Source: an uncultured Methanosarcinales archaeon
GTDB taxonomy: Archaea > Nanobdellota > Nanobdellia > Woesearchaeales > B54-G15
Direction of reading: 5' to 3'
DNA length: 53,283 bases
NCBI GenBank assembly: GCA_964519225.1
Contig: CAZFJK010000005.1
Span: 1 to 53,283 of the forward strand
The first letter of the stretch is position 1. The number at the start of each line of letters is the position of its first letter. A program made the position numbers and the translations under genes. Below are positions 29,756-38,797 of this stretch, piece after piece. The notes under the pieces were generated by a model that was not told where the DNA came from, did no database searches, and saw only the letters and a list, made by a program, of their open reading frames with translations.

Positions 29756-30877
29756 ATGCAATTTGAAATTGTAGCTCAGGATGAAAAAACCAAAGCCAGA
29801 ATTCTAAAATTCAAAACAAAATCAGGCACAATTAAAACTCCTTTCTTTATGCCTGTCGCAACAAAGGCAACAGGAAAATTCTATGACAGCATCGACATGC
29901 AAAAAATCAAAGTCAAAGCAATCATTGCAAATGCATTGCTTCTTAGCTTAGAACCGTCTGCTGCTGTAATAAAATCTCTCGGCGGAATCCATCGCTTTAT
30001 GAACTTTAAAGGCATCATTTTCACAGATAGCGGTGGCTTTCAGATGTATTCAGAACATCTCTTTCTTGGCGTAAATGAAAACGGAATTCGTTTCAGAAAT
30101 CCGTTCACAGGACAGCGCATACTTTGCACACCAGAAAAAGATATGCAGATCCAGCTCGACATCGCCAGTGATGTAGCAATGTGCTTGGACGATATGCCTC
30201 TCTATCCAGCTAAAAAAGAAAGGCTTGTTCAATCAGTTAAGCGAACACTCGCATGGGCAGAACGCTGCAAAAAATATCACGATAAGCACAACGATATCAA
30301 TCAGCTGCTCTTTGGTATCATTCAGGGTGGCACTGACAACAGCTTAAGAAAGATCTGTGCAAAAAAACTTTCAACATTAAGATTTCCAGGCTATGCTATT
30401 GGCGGATTAGCTATCGGTGAACCAGAAAACCTGATGTGGCAAGCAACCAAAGTAGCATTAAAGCATATTCCTGAAAAAGCTCCAAAATATCTGATGGGGT
30501 TGGGTAAGCCATATCAGCTGCTCAAAGCAATATCTCTCGGCCTTGACATCTTTGATTCAAGATATCCAACAAAAACAGCAAGGCACAATCAGGTATTCAC
30601 TTTTTCAGATGGCATACTAAAACTACAAAGAAAAATCTATAAGGATGATAAAAAGCCGATAGATAAAAACTGTAACTGTCCTGTCTGCCAAAATTTCAGC
30701 AGAGCTTATCTGCACCATCTTATCAAAATAAAAGAACCGAATGTAAAAAGACTTCTCACATTACATAATCTTTTCTTTTATCAACGCTTAATGGAAAAAG
30801 CACAGGAAAGTATTGAAGAAAATAAACTCTATAAACTGCTTGAAGAATCAAAGCAATGGAATCAGAAGTTAGATTAA
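29756..30877 (+). CDS. tgt: tRNA-guanine transglycosylase of bacterial (position 34, queuosine-type) architecture
   Basis: TPFFMPVAT, TDSGGFQ, FGIIQGG, GGLAIGE, YLMGLG, DIFDS, Zn site CNCPVC...HN; 373 aa with no archaeosine-TGT C-terminal PUA domains. Confidence 0.9.
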   Translation: MQFEIVAQDEKTKARILKFKTKSGTIKTPFFMPVATKATGKFYDSIDMQKIKVKAIIANALLLSLEPSAAVIKSLGGIHRFMNFKGIIFTDSGGFQMYSEHLFLGVNENGIRFRNPFTGQRILCTPEKDMQIQLDIASDVAMCLDDMPLYPAKKERLVQSVKRTLAWAERCKKYHDKHNDINQLLFGIIQGGTDNSLRKICAKKLSTLRFPGYAIGGLAIGEPENLMWQATKVALKHIPEKAPKYLMGLGKPYQLLKAISLGLDIFDSRYPTKTARHNQVFTFSDGILKLQRKIYKDDKKPIDKNCNCPVCQNFSRAYLHHLIKIKEPNVKRLLTLHNLFFYQRLMEKAQESIEENKLYKLLEESKQWNQKLD

Positions 30878-30880
30878 TCA

Positions 30881-30937
30881 AAATTTAACGCAATTTAACG
30901 TTAAACTAATGTAAATTTAACGCAAGTTTGCGCAAAG
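30881..30937. repeat. 13-bp direct repeat AAATTTAACGCAA at 32-bp period, each copy part of a dyad
   Basis: Copies at 30881 and 30913; dyads TTTAACG-N8-CGTTAAA (centre 30894.5) and CGCAA-gt-TTGCG (centre 30926.5). Confidence 0.65.
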
Positions 30938-32424
30938 TTTACTCGCTTCCCAAGCCAGTCGGCTAAATCCTTAATCTTTACCCTAACCTGCTTTGTTGTG
31001 TCCCTATCCCTTACTGTAACATCATTCTGTTTTAAACTATCAAAATCTATTGTTACACAAAAAGGTGTTCCGATTTCGTCTTGCCTTGCGTAGCGCCTTC
31101 CGATGCTACCGCTTTGATCGTAAAAACAATTAAAATGGCTTTTTAGCATTGCATAAACTTCTCTTGCTTTTTTAACCAATTCAGGCTTGTTCGAAAGTAA
31201 AGGAAAAACAGCGACCTTTATCGGCGCAAGCCTTGGATGCAGCTCCAGCACAACATTTCCCCGCTTCTTATCATAAGAATAAGCATCAAAAAGAAAGGCA
31301 AGAAAAGTCCTGTCAACACCTTGACTAGGCTCGGCAGCAACATAAGGAACAACTTTCTGCTTCGTTGCTTGATCATACAAACTCAATTCTTCTTTAGAGT
31401 ATTTGCTATGCTGCTGTAGATCAAACTGCTTTCTATCAGCATTTCCGTAGATTTCTTTCCAGCCAAAGGGAAATCTGTATTCAATATCGATGCAAGCTCC
31501 TGCATAGTGAGCAAGTTCGCTATGCAAATGTTCTCTTAACCTTAAATTTTCAGGATTTATGCCCAAATCGACAAACCACTTATAAGCTAAAGCAATCCAA
31601 TAAGCATGCCATTTCGTTGCAATTTGTTCTGTTACTAAATCATCTACCTTCATCTTCTTAGCTTCCTTTACGTTAGCTTCCTGCATTTTTGCTGTGAGAA
31701 CATTTACTTCCATATCCTTGACTTCATCAAAATATGGACATTCATCTAATCTATCAGGATGAACAAAATACTCTATCTCCATCTGTTCGAATTCTCTTGC
31801 CCTGAAAAGAAAATCTCTTGGTGAAATTTCATTTCTAAAAGCTTTACCGACCTGAGCAATACCAAAAGGAAGTTTTACTCTGCTTGTTTCAACCACATTC
31901 CTAAAATTAATAAAAATAAGCTGGGCAGTCTCTGGCCTGAGATAAGACTTAATGCCATCCACAGGTCCAACGCTTGTCTCAAACATCAACTGCAGAAACC
32001 TTGCTTTTTTGAATTCGCCCTTACACTTCGGACATCTTATCTTGTTCTCTTTTATCAACTTGTCAAAATCTTCTGGCTTTAAGCCATCAGCCCTAATACC
32101 GAGAAAATCCTCAATAAGATTTTCAGCTTTTATCCTATAATTGCATTTTCCGCACTCAACCAACACATCAAGAAAATGATCAACATGACCGCTTGCTTCC
32201 CATACCTTCGGATTTGTAATGATCGCACCATCTATTCCAACAATGTCCTCCCTTTCATGAACAAATCGCCGCCACCATTCAGCAATTATGTTTCTCTTCA
32301 GTTCAACACCTAAAGGCCCATAATCCCAGAAGCCTGCAAGTCCGCCATAGATTTCGCTATCAGGAAAAACAAATCCTTTTTTCTTGCAAAAAACAAACAT
32401 ATCTTGAATTGAAAGCATACTCAA
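30901..32424 (-). CDS. glyS: glycyl-tRNA synthetase (alpha2, archaeal/eukaryal type)
   Basis: IYGGLAG.WDYGPLG, ASGHVDHF, LRPETAQ, GKAFRNEISP, REFEQME, anticodon domain SIGRRYARQDEIGTP. Confidence 0.97.
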   Translation of the reverse strand: MSMLSIQDMFVFCKKKGFVFPDSEIYGGLAGFWDYGPLGVELKRNIIAEWWRRFVHEREDIVGIDGAIITNPKVWEASGHVDHFLDVLVECGKCNYRIKAENLIEDFLGIRADGLKPEDFDKLIKENKIRCPKCKGEFKKARFLQLMFETSVGPVDGIKSYLRPETAQLIFINFRNVVETSRVKLPFGIAQVGKAFRNEISPRDFLFRAREFEQMEIEYFVHPDRLDECPYFDEVKDMEVNVLTAKMQEANVKEAKKMKVDDLVTEQIATKWHAYWIALAYKWFVDLGINPENLRLREHLHSELAHYAGACIDIEYRFPFGWKEIYGNADRKQFDLQQHSKYSKEELSLYDQATKQKVVPYVAAEPSQGVDRTFLAFLFDAYSYDKKRGNVVLELHPRLAPIKVAVFPLLSNKPELVKKAREVYAMLKSHFNCFYDQSGSIGRRYARQDEIGTPFCVTIDFDSLKQNDVTVRDRDTTKQVRVKIKDLADWLGKRVNFAQTCVKFTLV

Positions 32425-32436
32425 AATATCTAATAA

Positions 32437-33795
32437 CTAGTTTAAATTATTTACTATATTTTTATTTCGTGTTCTTCTCTTATCTATTTTTTCTAAAAAT
32501 CTCAAATAAGCTCTGTGATCACACCACCATTTCAATCCCTTTTTGATGATGCTTATACACGTTTTAAAATTCTGAAACAAAAATGCAAACCCTCTTTTCG
32601 TGAGCCAATAGTTCTTTTTTATGGCTTCAACAACTTTCATCTGCAAATCATAAGCACTCATCATTTTAGGTCTAAAAACAACATGGTTTAAATCATACAA
32701 ATCCCAATTTTTTGTAAATATTCTCCCTTCAGCATCCAATTTATAATAAAGATCACTTCCAGGTAGAGGGGTTAATATAGAAAATTGTGGACTATCAATG
32801 TTCATCTCATCACAAAACTCAATCGTTTTATCGATAACTTTTTTATCATCATTATCTGCTCCGAAAACAAACATGCCGTGAATCTTAATCCCATAATCAT
32901 GCAACTTTCTAATTGCTTTCTTAATCAAACCAATATCTTGATGTTTATTATACTCTTTAAGGCTTTTTGGATTGATTGATTCTATGCCAACACAAAGATA
33001 ATTGCAATTCGTTTTTGAAAGAAGATTCATCAGCTCATTATCATAAGCAACGTCCAATCTTGCTTGTGCAGCCCAGGGAACAGTAATGCGATACTCAAGC
33101 ATTCCTTTAAGGATCTTCTTTGTCCTCTCCTTAGAAGCTGTAAAGTTATCATCATAAAAAAAGATTCGTTTGTTCTTCCTGCTTAAGATTTCTTCAACAA
33201 CATTCTCAGGATTTCTAAACCTGTATTTTCTTCCAAACATCTTTGTAACAGAACAAAAACTGCAATTAAAAGGACATCCCCGCGAGGTAGATATCGGTGT
33301 TCTTGGTAAAGGCAGTTTTATATTTTGTATCAAAGAAAAATCTGGAAATGGCAAACTATCTAAATCTTCGCATGGTTTACCATTAATTAACTCTGAGTTC
33401 AATTTTTTGTTTTTTATGCGCGATATCACTGTATCGATGATAGAATCTGCTTCTCCTACAACGACACAATCAGCATGTCTTATTGCTTCATTAGGAAAAA
33501 AAGTAGCATGCACTCCCCCAATCAAAACCTTTCTCTCAGGATATCTTTGCTTGAACGCATCTGCTATCGCATACCCTCTCTTGGCTGTACTCGTCATGCT
33601 TGAAATGCAAAGGACATCGCAATCAAGCTGTTCTGAATCAATTTTCTTACCATCATCTTTAATTATCCTAACGTCATGTCCTTTGTTTTTTAAGATGGTG
33701 CCAAGATAAAGCGTTCCAAGCAGAGGAAGCTTGCTCAACCACCCAAAAGAAAATCCTTCAAATATGCTACTTGGTTCAACAAAGGTAATTTTCAT
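32437..33795 (-). CDS. B12-binding-domain radical SAM protein
   Basis: PLLGTLYL, IGGVHAT, VVGEA, SRGCPFNCSFC, FYDDNF, GIES, TPLPGS. Confidence 0.93.
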   Translation of the reverse strand: MKITFVEPSSIFEGFSFGWLSKLPLLGTLYLGTILKNKGHDVRIIKDDGKKIDSEQLDCDVLCISSMTSTAKRGYAIADAFKQRYPERKVLIGGVHATFFPNEAIRHADCVVVGEADSIIDTVISRIKNKKLNSELINGKPCEDLDSLPFPDFSLIQNIKLPLPRTPISTSRGCPFNCSFCSVTKMFGRKYRFRNPENVVEEILSRKNKRIFFYDDNFTASKERTKKILKGMLEYRITVPWAAQARLDVAYDNELMNLLSKTNCNYLCVGIESINPKSLKEYNKHQDIGLIKKAIRKLHDYGIKIHGMFVFGADNDDKKVIDKTIEFCDEMNIDSPQFSILTPLPGSDLYYKLDAEGRIFTKNWDLYDLNHVVFRPKMMSAYDLQMKVVEAIKKNYWLTKRGFAFLFQNFKTCISIIKKGLKWWCDHRAYLRFLEKIDKRRTRNKNIVNNLN

Positions 33796-34970
33796 TTTTT
33801 AACAATATTTTGAATTTCCTCACCTAGACCAAGCCATTCAGCAACGGCTGTGTCCCTTAAAATTGTTAAATAAAATCTAAAGTCCCTTCTTACTTTATTA
33901 ATACTCGAGTGTGTTTTTTTAGCTATCTTTCGCAAAATCTCTTCAAGCTTAGAATTCGCTCTTCGTGCTATCCACATTTTCAAAATCCTATCATTTCTTT
34001 GGTATTTCACATAACCAACCAGCTTTTGCTTTTTGCTCAGAGCAACACCAGCTGTTGCAAGATTATACATATAACCTAAAAACCTCCAATGCTGTCTTCT
34101 CAAAATCCTGCCTCTCAAAACATCTACTTTGCTCAAAATATCATATGCTTTAGCTAAACTTTCTGCATCTTTGTATTCTCTCGGAAGATTTTCATCAAGC
34201 CAGAGAATACACTCATCAAAATCAACATCAATCCTGTCAAATGCTTTTAAAGCAACATCAACATCAACAGTTTTAAGCACTTTCATCAAAGCCTTTAATA
34301 TGCTTTCTTTTTTATCTCTCATGTCATCCACTAAACCAACTTCATTAGAAAAAGAATGAATATCATTTATTGCAGCTCTTGCATCACCTTCGCTGAACCT
34401 AGCTATCTTCATCAGCACGAAATCGCTAATATCAAGTCCTTCTTCCCGAACAATTCTTTTTATTATCTTGTAAACTTCTAATGTAGTTAATTCATTAAAT
34501 TGAATCAACTTACACAATCTTCTTAGTTCAATCAGTTTGCGCATATAAGCATCATTTGCGGTCATAATTACAGGAAACTTGCTTTGAGCGATAACTTCTC
34601 GCAAGGCACTTAAACCACCTTTATCTTCATTTCCTGACATGCCATCGACCTCTTCAATTAAAAGCAGTTTTCCTTTTGCAAAAGAAAACAAACTTCTCTG
34701 CTTGCTTGCTTCGCCAACAACATTGTTTATTACCTCTTTGTTCCTGAAATCAGAAGCATTCAGCTCAAGAACTTCTAGCTGCATATCATTGGCAAGAGCA
34801 TAAACAGCAGCAGTCTTTCCACAACCAGGCGGCCCAAAGAGAAGACATGCTTTTTTTGCCTTTTTCCTTGAGAAATCTTCAATAAATTGTTTTAACTCAT
34901 TGACTCCCTTTTTCTGTCCAACAAATTCATTCAAACTCTTTGGAGCATACTTCACGAAAAGAGGTAACAT
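33792..34970 (-). CDS. rfcL: replication factor C large subunit
   Basis: KYAPKS, GPPGCGKT, ELNASD.R, GDARAAIND, WLDENLP.EY, RRQHWRF. Confidence 0.93.
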   Translation of the reverse strand: MLPLFVKYAPKSLNEFVGQKKGVNELKQFIEDFSRKKAKKACLLFGPPGCGKTAAVYALANDMQLEVLELNASDFRNKEVINNVVGEASKQRSLFSFAKGKLLLIEEVDGMSGNEDKGGLSALREVIAQSKFPVIMTANDAYMRKLIELRRLCKLIQFNELTTLEVYKIIKRIVREEGLDISDFVLMKIARFSEGDARAAINDIHSFSNEVGLVDDMRDKKESILKALMKVLKTVDVDVALKAFDRIDVDFDECILWLDENLPREYKDAESLAKAYDILSKVDVLRGRILRRQHWRFLGYMYNLATAGVALSKKQKLVGYVKYQRNDRILKMWIARRANSKLEEILRKIAKKTHSSINKVRRDFRFYLTILRDTAVAEWLGLGEEIQNIVKK

Positions 34971-35065
34971 AGAGATAACATAGCAAAGAACAATTTAAAA
35001 TTTATTGTTGTTGAAATATTTGAAATCATAAATTTTTTAAAGTTAGAAAAGGTCGGAAAAAAACT

Positions 35066-35917
35066 ATGGTAGGAATTATATTCGCAGCATTATCTGCCTT
35101 ATCAAAAGGTTTTGAGAAAGTTTTGCATAGATTCATCTTGATAAGAGAAGACAGCTTGAGCTATGCTTTTGTTTGGCATATTTTAACAGCCATCTTTTTT
35201 CTTCCTCTCTTTATAATTGAGTTCAATTTACCAAAACAATCTTTTGCTTGGTTGCTTATCATCATATCTTCAGCCTTGTGGAGCATAATTGCTTACGTAG
35301 GATTCAAAGCATATTCATACTTAGAAGTATCTATAAAAACCCCTATCGGAAAATCTAGAATGTTATTCGTATTATTGCTTTCTGTAATCTTTCTGAAAGA
35401 AACACTCACACTTAAAAAAATACTAGGCACATTCCTCATATTTACAGGCATCGTAATATTAACGTACAAACGAGGAAAAAGGTTTGGAAGTCTAAAAGAA
35501 AAAGGCGTTCAACTCACCTTTTTATCAGCGTTTTTAACATCTGTAGTCTGGTTAGTTGACAAATACGCAACCAACTTCTTTAATCCAGGAATGTACTCAT
35601 TCCTCGTGTATTTTGTCCCATCGACAATGCTTTTTCCATTTGTATTACGTAAAAAACAAGAATTAAAATCATTATTAAAGTTTAGATCAAGTGCAATAAT
35701 TTTTACTGTAATATTAGGAGCAGCGCATTATTATTTGATACTGCGGGCATTTAAATTAACAGAAGCAAGCATTGTAGTTCCAATAGTGGAACTAAGCACT
35801 CTGATAGCGGTGTTCAGTGGAATAAAATTCCTTAAAGAAAGCAAAGAAGTATCTAAGAAAATAATTGCAGCGATAATTGTTATTTTAGGGGCAGTATTAT
35901 TAGCTGGAGTTGCCTAA
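35066..35917 (+). CDS. EamA/DMT family transporter
   Basis: About 10 TM helices in two repeats (EVSIKTPI...FLKE / EASIVVPI...FLKE). Confidence 0.92.
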   Translation: MVGIIFAALSALSKGFEKVLHRFILIREDSLSYAFVWHILTAIFFLPLFIIEFNLPKQSFAWLLIIISSALWSIIAYVGFKAYSYLEVSIKTPIGKSRMLFVLLLSVIFLKETLTLKKILGTFLIFTGIVILTYKRGKRFGSLKEKGVQLTFLSAFLTSVVWLVDKYATNFFNPGMYSFLVYFVPSTMLFPFVLRKKQELKSLLKFRSSAIIFTVILGAAHYYLILRAFKLTEASIVVPIVELSTLIAVFSGIKFLKESKEVSKKIIAAIIVILGAVLLAGVA

Positions 35918-36007
35918 CCCTTTTTTGTTAAGCCAAAGAAAAGGCGTTTCTTTTTCATTCAGGAACCTTAGAATTTAATTTCTACATTCAACCAAGAGAC
36001 TGATTTT

Positions 36008-36067
36008 TACATATTCGTTAAATATACTTAACGAAAAAGTACATATTCGTTAATTGCTCTTAACGAA
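36008..36067. promoter_or_regulatory. tandem operator-like dyads TTCGTTAA-N6-TTAACGAA (32-bp period)
   Basis: 36014-36035 and 36046-36067, both with perfect 8-bp arms; 14-bp direct repeat TACATATTCGTTAA at 36008 and 36040. Confidence 0.72.
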
Positions 36068-36084
36068 TGTGAAATTTCAAAAAA

Positions 36085-36156
36085 AGCCCCGGGAGGGATT
36101 CGAACCCTCGACCTGCTGCTTACGAGGCAGCCGCTCTACCGCTAAGCTACCGGGGC
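36085..36156 (-). tRNA. tRNA-Thr (CGT), intronless
   Basis: GCCCCGG...CCGGGGC-T with U73; anticodon arm GCTGC-CTCGTAA-GCAGC; T arm GAGGG-TTCGAAT-CCCTC; T run downstream, TTTAAA upstream. Confidence 0.96.
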
Positions 36157-36200
36157 AATGAAAAAAAGAAAAACCTTTGATTTAAAAAATTCACTATAAA

Positions 36201-36881
36201 CTACCAAGGCAAAGAAACACTTGCAACAGACAGAACTTTCTTAACTTCATCTCTGCTCTGAACATATCTCTTAACAACCTTTTCTAAACCTTCTTTTGAA
36301 TGTATATCATCAACGCCATGAAAAATTCTTTCTGCAAGTTTAATCAAACTCGCAACATTGCCGCCACTAATCTGCTCTTTTGAACGAGCAACCCTTCTCA
36401 AACAAGAATCAACAGAACTAACAACTGCACCAATATCATCATTTGGACCAACTTTCAAAAAATAAGCACACTGAAATGCAGGAAAGAAATGCATTCCGCC
36501 GAACCTTGCATTATAATCTCCGAAAGGTTGCCTGGTATCGCTTCTCAAACCAACAACTTGCTTTCCTAATAATCTCGCATAGCATATCTCAACTATAACT
36601 CCTGGATCAAGAGGTTCATTAAGCACAGCAAGAACAGCATCCGAAGAAGGCAAAAAACAACCCATATCCAAAAGATAGATAAGCTCTTGAACTGCATTGC
36701 TAATGTCCTCTTCTTTTCCGAAATGCTGTGAAAGCAATCCTGTAAGATTCTGAAACTCAAAACCATCCCGTTGCGGAAGAATTACTTTATAGCCCCTTTC
36801 TTCAAGCTCCTTAGTTATTTCAGCATTATACCGCGTTTCAGCTTGATTAAACAAAGGCGCAGCAAAATAAACAGTAACCAT
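36201..36881 (-). CDS. nucleoside 2-deoxyribosyltransferase / NMP N-glycosidase family protein with C-terminal extension
   Basis: VYFAAPLFNQAE, ILPQRD, SDAVLAVL, DPGVIVEICYA (catalytic Glu), GKQVVGLRSD.R. Confidence 0.88.
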   Translation of the reverse strand: MVTVYFAAPLFNQAETRYNAEITKELEERGYKVILPQRDGFEFQNLTGLLSQHFGKEEDISNAVQELIYLLDMGCFLPSSDAVLAVLNEPLDPGVIVEICYARLLGKQVVGLRSDTRQPFGDYNARFGGMHFFPAFQCAYFLKVGPNDDIGAVVSSVDSCLRRVARSKEQISGGNVASLIKLAERIFHGVDDIHSKEGLEKVVKRYVQSRDEVKKVLSVASVSLPW

Positions 36882-37013
36882 ATTAAGTTTCCTAAACCGA
36901 TTCTTTATAAATTTATATCAACAGAAAAACAAACTTTCAAAAATATTCAACAGAACAGAACAAAAAAAGAAAATTAAGAGAACCTTTTTAAAACATCTCC
37001 CCATCAACAAAAT

Positions 37014-38780
37014 ATGCGCATAGCAGTCATAGAAAAGGAACGTTGCATAAACGGAAAAGGCTGCAATTTCCTCTGCGGAAAGCTTTGCCCTGTAAACAGA
37101 CAGGGAAAAGAATGTATCAAACTCGATGAAAAAAACAAACCAATAATAGATGAATCCCTCTGCATCGGCTGTGGAATCTGCATAAAACGATGTCCTACGC
37201 AATGTATTCATATTGTTAATTTACCAGAACAGTTAAAAGAAAAACCAATCCACCGCTATGGCATCAACGGCTTTGAATTGTTCAGTCTTCCAACACCAAT
37301 ATTCAATTCAATAGTTGGCATAATAGGCAGAAACGGCATTGGAAAATCAACCGCACTGCAGATAATCGCTGGTCTGCTAAAACCAAATCTCGGCATCCAA
37401 GGAAAAAAAGCAACTTTCGATGAATTGATCCAGCATTTCAAAGGAACAGAAGCGCAAACCTTTTTTGAAAATCTAAAGGAAGGAAAAATAAAATCAAGCT
37501 TCAAACCGCAACAGGTTGATCTAATTCCAGCCATTGAAAAAGGCAAGGTTAGAGACTTGCTCAAAAAAGTGGATGCATCAAATCGCTTAACTGAAATAGC
37601 AAAAGCGCTTGAAATAGAAAAATTACTCGAAAGCGACATCAAGCATCTAAGCGGAGGCGAACTACAGCGAGTTGCAATAGCAGCTGCATTCCTCAAAGAT
37701 GCAAATCTAATTATTCTTGATGAACCAACTTCTTTTCTTGATATAAAACAAAGGCTGAAAGCAGCAAGGTTCATTAGACAAGAACGCTCAGCAGAAAAAT
37801 CAATCATCCTTGTTGAGCACGACTTAATCGTCTTAGATTATCTTACTGATTATATCCATATCGCTTATGGAAAACCTTCTGTATTTGGTGTAATATCTAT
37901 GCTAAAATCAGCTAGGGCAGGCATAAACACTTATCTCGAAGGTTATCTAAAAGAAGAAAACATCCGCTTCAGAGATTATCCAATCCAATTCCAGGAAAGA
38001 GCACCACCAAAAGAAGAGCCAACAGCTATCTTAACTAAATGGACAGAACTCAAATTTGCTTATGAAAGATTCAATCTAACTGCAACTGAAGGATGCATCT
38101 ACAAGAATGATGTCATTGGCGTTCTTGGCGAAAACGGCATAGGAAAAACAACATTCATAAAACTTCTTGCAGGTGAACTCAAACCAGTTGAAGGTGAAAT
38201 TGAAAAAAATATAACAATAAGCTATAAACCACAATTTCTAAGAGAATTTGCAGAACAAAACAAGGACGTTACAGTTAAAGATATTTTAAAAGAAGCAATC
38301 ACAAAATACAAGCATCAGCTAATTGCGCCACTCGAACTCGAAAGGTTATATGATAGAAAACTATCAGAGCTCAGCGGCGGTGAACTTCAAAGAGTTGCTA
38401 TAGCCCAATGCCTTGCCAAGAAAGCAGACCTCTATCTATTAGACGAACCATCAGCATATCTTGACATTGAACAAAGACTTGCCCTTGCAAAAATAATCAA
38501 TGAAATTCTTTTCCATTTAAATGCATCAGCTATTATTGTTGACCACGATTTGCTTTTTATCGACTCAATAGCAAAGCGGATTCTTGTTTTTCAAGGCGTT
38601 CCAGCAGAGCATGGCATAGCAAAAGGTCCTTTTGACATGGAAACAGGAATGAATCTCTTTCTCAAAGACCTTGGCATTACTTTCAGACGCGATCCCGAAA
38701 CAAAAAGGCCGCGCGCCAATAAGCCTGGAAGCGTAAAAGACCGCGAACAAAAGGAATTAGGAAAGTATTATTATGTATAA
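37014..38780 (+). CDS. rli1: ABCE1/Rli1 ribosome recycling ATPase
   Basis: N-terminal 2x[4Fe-4S] Cys motifs, two ABC domains (GRNGIGKS, LSGGELQR, DEP), TFRRD...RPRANK. Confidence 0.97.
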   Translation: MRIAVIEKERCINGKGCNFLCGKLCPVNRQGKECIKLDEKNKPIIDESLCIGCGICIKRCPTQCIHIVNLPEQLKEKPIHRYGINGFELFSLPTPIFNSIVGIIGRNGIGKSTALQIIAGLLKPNLGIQGKKATFDELIQHFKGTEAQTFFENLKEGKIKSSFKPQQVDLIPAIEKGKVRDLLKKVDASNRLTEIAKALEIEKLLESDIKHLSGGELQRVAIAAAFLKDANLIILDEPTSFLDIKQRLKAARFIRQERSAEKSIILVEHDLIVLDYLTDYIHIAYGKPSVFGVISMLKSARAGINTYLEGYLKEENIRFRDYPIQFQERAPPKEEPTAILTKWTELKFAYERFNLTATEGCIYKNDVIGVLGENGIGKTTFIKLLAGELKPVEGEIEKNITISYKPQFLREFAEQNKDVTVKDILKEAITKYKHQLIAPLELERLYDRKLSELSGGELQRVAIAQCLAKKADLYLLDEPSAYLDIEQRLALAKIINEILFHLNASAIIVDHDLLFIDSIAKRILVFQGVPAEHGIAKGPFDMETGMNLFLKDLGITFRRDPETKRPRANKPGSVKDREQKELGKYYYV

Positions 38781-38797
38781 AGCTCAAAAACTTAGCC

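Noticed and set aside
29756-30877. Archaeosine TGT (tgtA)
   Set aside because: Lacks the C-terminal domains and has bacterial-type motifs
35962-36000. GAACCTTAGAATTTAATTTCTAC resembles the 5' part of a Cas12a direct repeat
   Set aside because: Single copy, no GTAGA return arm, no spacers, no cas genes
18457-36067. Paired 32-bp-period repeats read as mini CRISPR arrays
   Set aside because: Period is far too short for repeat plus spacer, only two units each, and the sites differ in sequence
35066-36156. Integrated element at tRNA-Thr
   Set aside because: I found no duplicated tRNA 3' end and no integrase in the window
29756-36881. Complete queuosine salvage operon (tgt, radical SAM, EamA, NDT)
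   Set aside because: Mixed orientations and interleaved with glyS and rfcL; the radical SAM is B12-type, not QueL or QueE
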